A stretch of DNA of 36,849 nucleotides from a virus (Duplodnaviria; Heunggongvirae; Uroviricota; Caudoviricetes). Position 1 is the first letter of the stretch; the number at the start of each line of letters is the position of its first letter. Location: positions 1-36,849 of IMG/VR virus record IMGVR_UViG_2529292835_000026. The stretch is one strand, 5' to 3'. This document shows, piece by piece, positions 27,002 through 36,463 of the stretch. The notes under the pieces were generated by a model. That model saw only the letters and a list, made by a program, of their open reading frames with translations, had not been told where the DNA came from and did not search any database. The position numbers and the translations under genes are program-made.

Positions 27002-27439
27002 AATTTAGCTACTATCTCACGAGTGAATGAATGTTTAGCCTTCTGCACAGTTTATCAGTTCCGGCATGCCTACTGCTACCCCACTGATTCAACTTCAAGT
27101 TATGAGTTAAAGCGATTCGGTTTCGCTAGATGACACACTAGTGTTAATTTATGGATAAAAATTTATCACTTAAAATTAACTAATGCCTGTTGCGACCAAA
27201 AGTGTGCTGGAATATTATTTTCGTCTGGCCTATTATCAAGCTAATTATCCAAATTAGAGTTACTCTCATTCATCAGCAACAAATAAATACACCTGTTCAC
27301 TTTCTCAAAGTGTTCCTGTTTTATTTTTAAAGCAAACAACGCCGCCTATTCGTCCGAATGTACAACAAACATCAGGTTCTGACACAAAGTGGACGATCAC
27401 TTATCAAAATGACCGCCCACCTTACACCTCATTTCACTC

Positions 27440-27484
27440 GTTGCCCAAACTCCCCCCAACAGGATAAATCCTCTTGGGGGCAAC
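27440..27484. other. Extended G/C-rich stem-loop just downstream of the DinI-like gene
   Basis: CCCCCCAA ... TTGGGGG with inner AGGAT/ATCCT pairing, flanked by GTTGCCC/GGGCAAC; no clear U-tract. Confidence 0.3.
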
Positions 27485-27489
27485 GTTTC

Positions 27490-27723
27490 TTAATGCAGCC
27501 AGCTGTCGTCTTCCCACACCTTCTGCATAATTTTCAGCACTTGTTTTCTTTCTTCGTCCAGTTGCAGTCCGGTCAGTTCCACACCGTTAGAGCTACCTTT
27601 GCGGATACGAATTACCGTTTTGGGATACAGGGGGCGCAGATTGCGGTAAAGCTCGGATTCAAGGGCATCCAGGGTAGACTGGCTAATCTTCTGCTCTTTA
27701 TCGATCATTATTTCAATGCGCAT
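27490..27723 (-). CDS. DinI-family protein
   Basis: MRIEIMIDK...LDALESELYRNLRPLYP...VIRIRKGSSNGVEL...ERKQVLKIMQKVWEDDSW aligns with DinI; GAGGTGA Shine-Dalgarno before the internal Met used as start. Confidence 0.8.
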   Translation of the reverse strand: MRIEIMIDKEQKISQSTLDALESELYRNLRPLYPKTVIRIRKGSSNGVELTGLQLDEERKQVLKIMQKVWEDDSWLH

Positions 27724-27733
27724 AAAAGTCACC

Positions 27734-27922
27734 TCAGCTGATGACATCCATTGAGCGGTTGTATTCGTGGGTTCTGATTTTTGCCATGAGTTCATCAGTC
27801 AATTCAGAAACCCACTGCAGAGCCAGCCCCTTCTCTTCATCACTACACTCACTAGCCGCTACAAGCTTAAGAAAAAAATCAATGCGCTGGAGCTTCAAAG
27901 ACTCCAAAAAATAGTCCTGCAT
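27734..27922 (-). CDS. Small LexA-regulated ORF (62 aa), candidate Tum-like antirepressor component
   Basis: AGGAGG upstream of ATG at 27922; LexA box 45-60 bp upstream; directly followed by the DinI-like gene. The longer ORF start would include the LexA box. Confidence 0.45.
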   Translation of the reverse strand: MQDYFLESLKLQRIDFFLKLVAASECSDEEKGLALQWVSELTDELMAKIRTHEYNRSMDVIS

Positions 27923-27965
27923 CTTTCCTCCTATAACACCACGAGCAATACTGTATACATGACCA

Positions 27966-27981
27966 CTGTTTATATTTACAG
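27966..27981. promoter_or_regulatory. LexA (SOS) box
   Basis: CTGTTTATATTTACAG = CTGT-N8-ACAG with AT-rich spacer, embedded in cCACTGTTTATATTTACAGTAt. Confidence 0.75.
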
Positions 27982-28075
27982 TATATAATAATCTTACTGA
28001 TGTAAAACGTTTTTTTACGTTCATCAGCCTGATATGCCTGGTATTATTAAGAGCACGAATTGTTAATCCGCGTAA

Positions 28076-30490
28076 TTAATACAGGTTCCGCCACTTATCA
28101 TCTTCCTGTAAACGCTGATTCCGATAGAAGATACGCAGGCCAGCCCCTGACGGAATACTGCCTCCGCGAAGGAGTAAATCGACCTCTTTCTCGCTGCCAT
28201 CAAATCCTCTGGACTTCAGTTCATAGACGAGCTGCTGTCGCTGATGGTCTGTAATTCGCTGTTTGTAGTCTTTGCGCCGTTTCGGTTTCACCTGGCGTAA
28301 CCTTGCAGCCAGTTCCCGACGCTCTTTTTTGCTCATACTGTGCAGATAATCGTGCAACTCCTTGTCATCCTGGCGGGTAATGTCAGTTCTGGTGTCCCCA
28401 TCAGCTGATTTATCTTTCTCCTGTTGGTTCAAATTTTCAGCAAGGGGACAGTTATTGCCACGAGTCCAAGGGGCGCAAGCGCCCTTGTCGGCTGCCGCCT
28501 CCTGAACGTCAACGGCCTTACGAACCATTTTCCACTTCACTGCATGAGTGCAGATCTTGCCCTCTGCAATGGGTGACCAGATGCCATAAATACGAATACC
28601 GTGATCGCCATAGGCGGTCGGCTCTTCGTTGATTTCATAAGCAGTTCTGATGAGGTGATATTTGCGGGGAACCAGTACGCCGCCCTGCTTCATGATGTAG
28701 GTGGCAAAACAACCAGCATCAGCAGCAGCCAGGATTGCATCAAGGCGCGGGTTATCCAGTACCGGCGCACCTGCTTTTTTGTCCCCCTGCTGCCTTGCCG
28801 CCTGACCAGCCAGCAATCGCAGTTCACGGTAAGCCTGACGCCCCGGAATGCCAAAGAAGCGGAATTGCTGAACACGATGCAGAGACGCCCAAGCATTAAC
28901 GTATTCAGCGTTATCACGCAGGGATTTACCCGTTTCCTTGCTGATCTCGCCAGCCAGACCACGCCCGTCAATGTTCTTACTGATGTATTTCGCGATGTAG
29001 CTTGTTGGCGTACCTTTGCGCGGGTTTATCAGCTCGGACTTAAAGCGTGGTCCCGTGTTATTACCCAGCTCCTCGCGGTCTTCACGAATGGCAAACTTAC
29101 GCAACAAAGCAGTAATGGCGCGGCGATCTTTTTTGCGCATAAAACACAACAGGTGCCAGTGAACTGTACCGTCGTGATGCGGCTCAGCCACCCGCACGCC
29201 ATACCAGCGCAACCCGGCTTTGTGCATCGCCTTACGAAATGCAGCAAACATACCGACCAGATAATCACTGCTTTGTCTTACCGTCGCATTTGTCCAGGTT
29301 GGGTTGGGCCTGCCGTTATTTAGCGTGGAATGGAAACGTGACGGACAGGTGATGGTGTAGAAAACGGCGCAGTCACCGCGCATTTCCGCGATAAGCTCCA
29401 GACCTTTAACACAGGCCATCATCTCATTGCGGCGATGCGCAGGGTTGCTGCTGCTGGCGTTTACCACATCCTCCATGTCCAGCGTGTCGCCGTCTTCGTT
29501 CACCAGTTCATGAGAACGGAAAAACTCCAGCGACTTACGGCGCTGCTCACGTTTATGCATCACGGCTTCATAGCTGACATAAGGAGATGCTTTTTTGCTA
29601 ACCAGGCAGACAGCGCGCAACTGCTCTTCCCGCCATTCGCAACGCATCTTCCATAATTTCCGATACCACCAGTCGGCGCACAACATACGCGCCAGCGAAC
29701 CCGGAATGAGTTCATAGGGCACGGGTTTACGGCGGTTTCTTTTCCGACGGAGTTGCTCAAACGCAGGCGGGATAACATCCAGACGCAGGGTTTCCGCTGC
29801 CACCTTTTCCCACGTCTTGCGGATTTCTTCTGGCTTAACGTCATCGGTGGCATACAAATCACCACAAGCGGCATCAAGGCACATGCTCATATGCGCAGCA
29901 ACAAGGGTAGACAGACGCTTCACCTGATCCTGACTCATTTCAGGCAGGATCAGCAGGCCGTCCAGCCCTTCATGGCTTGCCATAAAGCGAAAAGAAGTGG
30001 ATAGCTGACAGTCGCGTACATGCTCCAGTCGTTCCAGACATGGCTTAATCGTCTCACGCAAATAGCGGGAATAAGCCTTTGGCCTGCCCAGGCTGCTGAA
30101 GTATTCAATACGTTGCATCAGCGGCTTGCTGATATGGGAAGGCTGGGCATTGACGTCCGCCAGAATGACCATATCTGGATTAAAACGCTGCTGCTCATGC
30201 GCCAGCTTTGCCCGGCTAATGAGTTTATCCTGCTCCATTTCGCGTTGGACAGGATCACGGGATTCATTAAAGAAATAACGCTCCCAGACCTGATCACTCA
30301 GTGCCTCGCGGCGCAGTTGTTCCAGCTCGTTATCGACAGCGTACAGAGTGATCAGGTTTGAAAGCGCAGAAACCGGCGCAACTTCCGCCGGGTCCAGATA
30401 AGGGTTAATGGCCTTTTTCGGGCTGTTCCATGAGAATGCTGCGGCGACCTCGTTAAAGCCGCTGCAGTTGTTCATATCAGCATGGCTCAT
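28076..30490 (-). CDS. A: Replication initiation endonuclease gpA-like (rolling circle)
   Basis: ...[19 protein letters not shown]... and ...[12 protein letters not shown]... match conserved P2 gpA motifs; 804 aa. Confidence 0.9.
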   Translation of the reverse strand: MSHADMNNCSGFNEVAAAFSWNSPKKAINPYLDPAEVAPVSALSNLITLYAVDNELEQLRREALSDQVWERYFFNESRDPVQREMEQDKLISRAKLAHEQQRFNPDMVILADVNAQPSHISKPLMQRIEYFSSLGRPKAYSRYLRETIKPCLERLEHVRDCQLSTSFRFMASHEGLDGLLILPEMSQDQVKRLSTLVAAHMSMCLDAACGDLYATDDVKPEEIRKTWEKVAAETLRLDVIPPAFEQLRRKRNRRKPVPYELIPGSLARMLCADWWYRKLWKMRCEWREEQLRAVCLVSKKASPYVSYEAVMHKREQRRKSLEFFRSHELVNEDGDTLDMEDVVNASSSNPAHRRNEMMACVKGLELIAEMRGDCAVFYTITCPSRFHSTLNNGRPNPTWTNATVRQSSDYLVGMFAAFRKAMHKAGLRWYGVRVAEPHHDGTVHWHLLCFMRKKDRRAITALLRKFAIREDREELGNNTGPRFKSELINPRKGTPTSYIAKYISKNIDGRGLAGEISKETGKSLRDNAEYVNAWASLHRVQQFRFFGIPGRQAYRELRLLAGQAARQQGDKKAGAPVLDNPRLDAILAAADAGCFATYIMKQGGVLVPRKYHLIRTAYEINEEPTAYGDHGIRIYGIWSPIAEGKICTHAVKWKMVRKAVDVQEAAADKGACAPWTRGNNCPLAENLNQQEKDKSADGDTRTDITRQDDKELHDYLHSMSKKERRELAARLRQVKPKRRKDYKQRITDHQRQQLVYELKSRGFDGSEKEVDLLLRGGSIPSGAGLRIFYRNQRLQEDDKWRNLY

Positions 30491-31345
30491 GCACGCACTC
30501 CGTACACGGCAGAACTATCCACTCCACGCGAAGGATCAAATCCCACCCAGCAGCGCGGCCCGGAAACAGCGATGATTTCTGTTGCAGATTTACTCTCACC
30601 AGCTGCTACGCCGATGCTGCGTTTTGCCTTGATGTAGTGGTGAGTAAAATTGCGATACAGCGAACGGATCAGGGATGTGTCACTGTTAGAAACAATGACC
30701 GGATGTCCTTCTGATGACCGATGTTCAAGAACGGATGCCAGGTGATACTGGTCATCTTCAGTGAAACCATCAGTGTGATAGCCGGAAAACGTACCGTCAT
30801 ACGGCGGATCGCAATACACCACATCCCCCACCTGCAGCATCGCCAGCGTTTCATCAAAGCTCGCGCAGATAAACGTTGCCCGCTTGGCTTTCTCTGCAAA
30901 TGCGCGAATTTCTTTTTCAGGGAAATACGGATTTTTATAATTACCGTAGGGAATATTGAAATGCCCGCTCTTGTTATAGCGACATAAACCACGGTAACCG
31001 TGACGATTGAGATACAGGAAATATACCGCTTTCATGAAATCAGTAATTTCAGTTGAGTAATTAAACTCCTGCCTTATGTTGTAATAAGCCACCTCCCTGT
31101 TTGCGATCTCAAATAAAACTCTGGCGCGAGATATAAACGATTCACAATCAGCGGCAACCTTTTTATAGAGGTTGATTAAATCAGGATTAATATCCGCAAC
31201 CAGATAACTGGGATAATCCGTCTCCATCATCACAGCACAGGAACCCGCGAAAGGTTCAACCAGTCGCGGGCCAGCAGGAAGATGTTTTTTTCAGTTCTGA
31301 CATTATGGCAGTTTTATTTCCCGCCCATTTCAGGATGGTGCTCAT
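30487..31345 (-). pseudogene. dam: Dam-family DNA adenine methyltransferase, frameshifted at an A7 tract
   Basis: N-terminal frame MSTILKWAGNKTAIMSELKK stops 8 codons after the A-run at 31285-31291; the +1 frame continues HLPAGPRLVEPFAGSCAV... into the downstream ORF with ...DPPY...; together collinear with Dam. GGAGGTG Shine-Dalgarno precedes ATG 31345. Confidence 0.7.
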
Positions 31346-31569
31346 ACAGCACCTCCGTTGTAATGTTTGCCTTTCAGCTCTGCGATTTCCTGACAGGTAA
31401 TGCAAAGCTGCACACCCGGAATGGCACGGCGGCGGGCTGGCGGAATTGGCGCTTCACACTCAATGCAAAGCACGCGGGACACGCCCGGCGTTTTGGCACG
31501 GGCAGCATGGATATGACGCTGGCGTTCTTCTTCAACGCGCTGCTGTACGAGATCCATTGCATCAGCCAT
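31342..31569 (-). CDS. TraR/DksA-family C4 zinc-finger protein
   Basis: CIECEAPIP...CITCQEIAELKG spacing typical of the TraR/DksA C-terminal zinc finger; stop overlaps the dam start. Confidence 0.75.
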   Translation of the reverse strand: MADAMDLVQQRVEEERQRHIHAARAKTPGVSRVLCIECEAPIPPARRRAIPGVQLCITCQEIAELKGKHYNGGAV

Positions 31570-31808
31570 TAGTGGATCTCCTGCGCTTCGTTCTGGATTG
31601 CTTCAGCAGTCACACGAAGCAGTTCTGCCGCTTCGACGTGGTTTAGCTGGCGGGATGTGATATGACACGCCAGGCTATCAAGGCGAGCTGCCATTGCTTC
31701 AGCCCTTGCCCGGCGTTCTTCCAGACGAGCCTCTGTCAGTAAAATATTAAGCCCTGCGTCATCCGGTCCGGTTTTGGTCGTGAGGGTTTCAATATTACGC
31801 ATAATCAA
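31569..31808 (-). CDS. Hypothetical early-operon protein (79 aa)
   Basis: ORF with overlapping stop/start to the downstream gene; no motif recognised. Confidence 0.5.
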   Translation of the reverse strand: MIMRNIETLTTKTGPDDAGLNILLTEARLEERRARAEAMAARLDSLACHITSRQLNHVEAAELLRVTAEAIQNEAQEIH

Positions 31809-31869
31809 TTCTCCTGAATTTAGATAAAGGGATACCCGGCGGGTTTACGCCATTAATTTCATTAGTTGG

Positions 31870-32211
31870 TTAATTCGGCATGGTTAGCCGTCTGGGAAAT
31901 AAGCTCACCACTGCACGAAAATGATTCATTGCTTTAATCAACTCCCGCTTTTCGTCAGTGGTCAGCTCATTAATGCTGATGCTATGACGTTCAGCTGGAA
32001 TTTTTGCCATAAAGAATATAGCAGCCAGTGCCCGTTTATTTTGTTCGTTATTGATATCCCGTGGATCACGCATATCTTTAATAAACCGCTCAAGCTCTGA
32101 CTCAATATTCAGGCCAAATACTTTCGCCCTTAACTCCGCAATGTGATTAAGTCCATTCAGGCGTTCACCGGGGCTTAATGGAACAGTCGCCGCAGCGCTT
32201 TCAATAGCCAT
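31870..32211 (-). CDS. Hypothetical early-operon protein (113 aa)
   Basis: ORF in the early operon; no motif recognised. Confidence 0.5.
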   Translation of the reverse strand: MAIESAAATVPLSPGERLNGLNHIAELRAKVFGLNIESELERFIKDMRDPRDINNEQNKRALAAIFFMAKIPAERHSISINELTTDEKRELIKAMNHFRAVVSLFPRRLTMPN

Positions 32212-32293
32212 TTATGCATCCCCACAACACATCTACTAAAAAATTTTTGATATGATCCATTACCAACATATTGATAGCTAGAAGGAATCATCA

Positions 32294-32542
32294 ATGTTGA
32301 ACCCGGTTGAAAGAGAGCGTATAGAGCAACTTGAAAACGAGATCTCCAGTCTTCGCGATGAGGTTGCTGTTCAACGAATTCTTGTTTCAGGTCTGATCCA
32401 CTCCTTATTTCGAACTGACTCAGCAAATCAATCAGCATTTTTTGAGCTCCTCCGCGAAGAATTAAACAAACTTCCTTTAGGTTCGGTTAAACAACAAGAA
32501 TTCACTCATCTGATACAGACACTGATAGATCGTTACCGATAA
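32294..32542 (+). CDS. Small helical protein (82 aa) on the opposite strand inside the early operon
   Basis: AT-rich; GAAGGAA upstream; sequence LENEISSLRDEVAVQRI looks coiled-coil-like. Confidence 0.4.
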   Translation: MLNPVERERIEQLENEISSLRDEVAVQRILVSGLIHSLFRTDSANQSAFFELLREELNKLPLGSVKQQEFTHLIQTLIDRYR

Positions 32543-32757
32543 ATATTTCGCCGATAACGTTCAAGAGGTGATGTCTTTATACGCATCACTTCTTGTACTT
32601 TTTCACCACGTATAAAGGTTCCATCCTTTAGCGTGAAAAAGTAGCTACCATCGCCCGACAACGACGGATAGCAACAGAGCAAATCATCTTCAGGTACTGA
32701 ATAATTCTCCCCTCTGTAACGAAAGTGATAAACCACTTCATTTTCTGCCGCATACAT
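32533..32757 (-). CDS. Hypothetical small protein (74 aa)
   Basis: GGAG Shine-Dalgarno upstream; 3' end overlaps the 3' end of the plus-strand 82-aa gene by 10 nt. Confidence 0.4.
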   Translation of the reverse strand: MYAAENEVVYHFRYRGENYSVPEDDLLCCYPSLSGDGSYFFTLKDGTFIRGEKVQEVMRIKTSPLERYRRNIYR

Positions 32758-32931
32758 TTGGACTTTCTCCGTTTCCTCGTGATCAATTCAGACAGCAATT
32801 CATCTTGTGAACGGCACGGATGCCAGCGTTTACCATCCTCACCCATGATCCAGCCGTGACCGTAGTGCATTGCCGGGCTTTGTTTTACCAGCAGCGATGC
32901 AAATGATGGTTCTTTCGTCAGCATAAGCACC

Positions 32932-33441
32932 TCACAGCAAACCGAATGAAGCACCGAGGCCAGTCACGGTATCAACTGCACTCGCCATCGCAGGATTAGC
33001 CTGTAAACGGGCCTGCAATGAAACAGCCGCCAGCGCCATCAGTCGTGTTACAGAGTTAATGCTGCTGATAGCATCACGACGACCGGCACAGGTTTTTACA
33101 TCGCCAGATACCGCACCTGCAGCAACACGCCCGATCTCTGCGGTTGCACTCATGACGTAATGTGGCAGTTTCTCTTTTGCCACCTCATTAATCGGTACAC
33201 ATGGCAGACAATGAATCTGTGCCAGAAAACCATCTACCAGCGTTGAATCTTCAGTCAGATCGGTAAGCAGCCAGATTTCTGGTGCGGTTAATAAATGAGG
33301 CTGAGCTGGGTTCAGCTTGTTCCGCAGAATCTGCACATTCATGCCTGCACGTTCTGCCAGTTGCACCAGGTTGTGACGCAGTGCAAAAGCCCTACAGGCT
33401 TCATCGAAATGCGGATGTTTGGAAATCTTGTAATCAAACAT
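32932..33441 (-). CDS. 186 CII-like early regulator (169 aa) or B-like early protein
   Basis: Second gene of the rightward early operon after the Apl/Cox-like gene; helix-turn-helix-like segment [19 protein letters not shown]; length equals 186 CII (169 aa). Confidence 0.5.
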   Translation of the reverse strand: MFDYKISKHPHFDEACRAFALRHNLVQLAERAGMNVQILRNKLNPAQPHLLTAPEIWLLTDLTEDSTLVDGFLAQIHCLPCVPINEVAKEKLPHYVMSATAEIGRVAAGAVSGDVKTCAGRRDAISSINSVTRLMALAAVSLQARLQANPAMASAVDTVTGLGASFGLL

Positions 33442-33473
33442 GGTGCCCCCTTAGAAAGTTCCCATAATTGAAC

Positions 33474-33716
33474 TTACTTACCAACAATGACGCGGAAGTT
33501 GGAATGACCGAGGGATTCACGGACCTGATCAGTTTTGTACATCAGATAACGAAGGCTTACGCGGCCTTTATTTTTTTCTTTCTTGACCATGTACTTAGCA
33601 AGTTGACCATGGTGAATTTTTTGGTAAACAGAGCCACGGGAAATGCCCTCCCACTCTGCGAACTCTGCAGGCGTAGCCATCTCTTTTGGTACACGAATTG
33701 AAATATCAGTACTCAT
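33474..33716 (-). CDS. Apl/Cox-like excisionase / early repressor (80 aa)
   Basis: First gene divergent from the repressor gene; small basic DNA-binding-like protein. Confidence 0.6.
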   Translation of the reverse strand: MSTDISIRVPKEMATPAEFAEWEGISRGSVYQKIHHGQLAKYMVKKEKNKGRVSLRYLMYKTDQVRESLGHSNFRVIVGK

Positions 33717-33802
33717 AGTGCAGTATCTCTTACTTTGTGTGCGTGTTAGTTCGTTTTAGCTCGTCTCTTTAACTCTCATATCAAGAGACATGAAGACATT
33801 AC

Positions 33803-33817
33803 GATCTTGATTCAAGA
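33803..33817. promoter_or_regulatory. Candidate operator palindrome in the cI/apl divergent promoter region
   Basis: ATCTTGA-T-TCAAGAT perfect inverted repeat 21 bp upstream of the repressor ATG; a TCAAGAG half-site lies about 25 bp further upstream. Confidence 0.4.
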
Positions 33818-33837
33818 TTGTCAAATGGAGATTACCA

Positions 33838-34470
33838 ATGTTAAACATCAGAATGGGTTCCGATACGGGAGGTAAGGCAGCTATTGAGAGGCTGCTTGAG
33901 GCTTATGGATTCACAACTAAGCAGGCATTAAGCGAGCACCTGAATGTCTCAAAAAGTACTATGGCAAACAGAGTGTTACGTGACAGTTTTCCTGCTGACT
34001 GGATAATTCAGTGTGCACTAGAAACCGGTGTTTCGTTACTTTGGTTAGCCACAGGACAGGGAAGCATGAAAGAAGGATACGAGCCTGAGAAAAGATCTCA
34101 TAACGAGAACAAACAAGCAATTAAACCGTTATCCAAACTCATAACTCCATCTATTCCTAAAGGAACCTTGGAAAATGGACAACTCAGTATTGATGAAGAG
34201 ATTTTCCTAGACCACAGCATATTACCTGCAGATTATGAAGAATCGATGTTCTTAGAAACCCCTACTGATTGTTATCTCATCGATAAATCAGTTAAACAAG
34301 TCAGCAATGGATTCTGGCTTATCAATATTGATGGAATGATTATTATTGCAAAAATCATGCGGATTCCCGGCAATAAGATTGTAGTAAATCAAGATGAAGC
34401 ATCTTTCGAGTGCTCTGCTGATGATGTGGAAGTTATTGGGCGTGCAGTCAAAGTAATAAAGAGTATCTAA
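33838..34470 (+). CDS. Immunity repressor (186 CI-like)
   Basis: N-terminal helix-turn-helix (TTKQALSEHLNVSKSTMANRV); located immediately upstream of int and divergent from the early operon. Confidence 0.8.
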   Translation: MLNIRMGSDTGGKAAIERLLEAYGFTTKQALSEHLNVSKSTMANRVLRDSFPADWIIQCALETGVSLLWLATGQGSMKEGYEPEKRSHNENKQAIKPLSKLITPSIPKGTLENGQLSIDEEIFLDHSILPADYEESMFLETPTDCYLIDKSVKQVSNGFWLINIDGMIIIAKIMRIPGNKIVVNQDEASFECSADDVEVIGRAVKVIKSI

Positions 34471-34472
34471 AC

Positions 34473-35489
34473 ATGACTGTCAGAAAACAGCCAAACGGTA
34501 AATGGTTGTGCGAGTGCTATCCCAATGGACGCAATGGCAAGCGCGTGCGTAAGCAATTTGCTACGAAAGGCGAAGCCATTGCTTTTGAAAGCTTCACAAT
34601 GGAAGAAGTGAACAAAAAACCATGGCTGGGGGAAAAGGAAGATCGGCGACACCTATCAGAATTAATTGAGCAGTGGTATTCCCTGTATGGTCAAACACTC
34701 GCAGACCCCAAGCGCCTCATGGCGAAACTTAGAATTATCTGTAATGGTCTAGGCGATCCCATCGCTTCAGAACTGACAGCCGGTGACTTTACGAAATACC
34801 GCGAAGCACGGTTAAAAGGGGAAGTACGAAATGAAGATGGCACGTTTATGTCGCCCGTTAAGCCCCGCACGGTAAACCTTGAACAGCGCAATCTATCATC
34901 TGTTTTTGGTACACTGAAAAAGTTGGGCCACTGGTCAGCCTCCAACCCGCTTGCTGGGCTGCCAACATTTAAAATTGCTGAGAGTGAATTGGCGTTCCTG
35001 ACCCCGGAAGAAATTAAACGTCTGCTGGATGCCTGCGCCGATTCTCAAAGCTCCAGCCTGCTTTTGATTGCAAAAATATGCCTGGCCACCGGCGCACGCT
35101 GGAGCGAAGCCGAAAACCTGCAGAGTCATCAGGTATCAAAATACCGTATCACTTATACCAAGACCAAAGGCAAGAAAAACCGAACTGTGCCTATTTCTAA
35201 GGATTTATATGAAGAACTGCCTAAGAATAGGGGGAAGTTATTCACCCCATGCAGAAAAGCCTTTGAGCGTGCAGTAAAGCGGGCTGGTATCGATCTGCCA
35301 GAGGGTCAATGTACTCACGTTCTGCGTCATACATTCGCTAGCCATTTTATGATGAATGGTGGAAACATATTGGTTTTGCGGGATATCCTAGGACATTCAG
35401 ATATAAAAATGACCATGGTCTATGCACACTTCGCCCCAGACCATTTAGAAGATGCCGTAACTAAAAATCCTTTATTTAATTTGAGGTAA
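34473..35489 (+). CDS. int: Tyrosine integrase (P2 Int-like)
   Basis: C-terminal catalytic motifs ...HVLRHTFASHFMMNGG...LGHSDIKMTMVYAHF (R...HxxR...Y). Confidence 0.9.
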   Translation: MTVRKQPNGKWLCECYPNGRNGKRVRKQFATKGEAIAFESFTMEEVNKKPWLGEKEDRRHLSELIEQWYSLYGQTLADPKRLMAKLRIICNGLGDPIASELTAGDFTKYREARLKGEVRNEDGTFMSPVKPRTVNLEQRNLSSVFGTLKKLGHWSASNPLAGLPTFKIAESELAFLTPEEIKRLLDACADSQSSSLLLIAKICLATGARWSEAENLQSHQVSKYRITYTKTKGKKNRTVPISKDLYEELPKNRGKLFTPCRKAFERAVKRAGIDLPEGQCTHVLRHTFASHFMMNGGNILVLRDILGHSDIKMTMVYAHFAPDHLEDAVTKNPLFNLR

Positions 35490-35499
35490 GTAGTAATTT

Positions 35500-36168
35500 A
35501 TGAATAGCGAACTAGAGTTACTTATAAAAATATTATTCCCTTCCCTATCTGCCATTATATCCTTATTAGGGCTTAAAACAGGGTGGACTTATAAAAAAGA
35601 CAAACTATTCACATCACGTAAAAACATTAGCGAATTTTCATATCAGATGTATAAAAGCAGTGAAGATCCGACCTTCAAAAAACTGGCGGAAGATTACGGC
35701 ATTGCTGCATTAACCAAAGATAACACATTGACAAAAAAACAAAGATTAATATTACTCAACACAACAAACCCCGTTAGCGATATAGATAATTATTCCAAAT
35801 GTCAAAGTCTAATTTCCATTACCACCCATAAAGAAATATTCGCATGGAATAAAAAAAGATATAAATACAGCATATATAGAAAATTAATAAAAATCATAAC
35901 AACTCTAATTTACTTCATGAGCAGTCTCATCGTAGCACTTCCTTTCAGTTATTCTGTTGTAGTAAGTGCTAAGATGATGGAGAAGATAAACCATCTAACT
36001 ACTTGGCAATACTTTGGTTTAAGCAGCTATTTTGTGGTATCGGGAGTAGCAATATGCTTTATCTGCCTAGATAAGCTCTCCAAGATTAAGATCGCCGAGA
36101 GATTAATCGTTTCGAATAGGCGTTTAGGCGACAAATGCAGTGGCGGCACTTTGGCGGCAGAAAGTTAA
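35500..36168 (+). CDS. Membrane protein (222 aa), cargo between int and attR
   Basis: Very AT-rich; GAGGT upstream; three hydrophobic helices (N-terminal and two C-terminal); no family recognised. Confidence 0.6.
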   Translation: MNSELELLIKILFPSLSAIISLLGLKTGWTYKKDKLFTSRKNISEFSYQMYKSSEDPTFKKLAEDYGIAALTKDNTLTKKQRLILLNTTNPVSDIDNYSKCQSLISITTHKEIFAWNKKRYKYSIYRKLIKIITTLIYFMSSLIVALPFSYSVVVSAKMMEKINHLTTWQYFGLSSYFVVSGVAICFICLDKLSKIKIAERLIVSNRRLGDKCSGGTLAAES

Positions 36169-36243
36169 AAACCCATAAAACGGACAGACACCGTATAAAT
36201 CTAACCAACTGAAAATCAAAGCAAATCATTGTTTTTACAGACA

Positions 36244-36288
36244 TTGAAATGCTATGTAGGAATTTCGGACGCGGGTTCAACTCCCGCC
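36244..36288. repeat. attR core: 45-bp direct repeat, displaced ssrA 3' end
   Basis: Identical to 1016-1060. Confidence 0.9.
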
Positions 36289-36322
36289 AGCTCCACCACT
36301 TTTTAGTTGTTTGAAGTTCAAT

Positions 36323-36357
36323 GAAGTCTACTAAGCCCACACAGCACAAGCTCTGCG
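36323..36357 (+). terminator. Rho-independent terminator downstream of attR
   Basis: AAGCCCACACAG / CTCTGCGGGCTT imperfect stem followed by TTTTTT. Confidence 0.5.
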
Positions 36358-36463
36358 GGCTTTTTTACGTCTATTGTCGTCCAGTGAGAATTGCTGAGAA
36401 CTACGAGTTATGGCACCCTGAATGGGACCCACTAAGAAGGGTCCAAAAACCGAGGGTCCCAAA

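Larger units (their letters stand above)
1016..36288. mobile_element. P2/186-like prophage integrated in the 3' end of ssrA, about 35.2 kb
   Basis: Bounded by identical 45-bp direct repeats; contains a full P2-like structural, lysis, replication and immunity gene set plus a tyrosine integrase next to the right repeat. Confidence 0.9.

Noticed and set aside
27358-27741. 127-aa plus-strand ORF overlapping the DinI-like gene
   Set aside because: Overlaps the DinI-like gene, which has a clear ribosome-binding site and family match, on the opposite strand; likely a chance frame in AT-rich DNA.
28601-29323. 240-aa plus-strand ORF within replication gene A
   Set aside because: Antisense to the well-supported gpA coding sequence; no start context.
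32628-32954. 108-aa minus-strand ORF overlapping both the cII-like stop and the 74-aa ORF
   Set aside because: C-terminal half overlaps the better-supported 74-aa ORF in another frame and looks low-quality; a shorter version starting at 32924 remains possible but is not reported as a feature.
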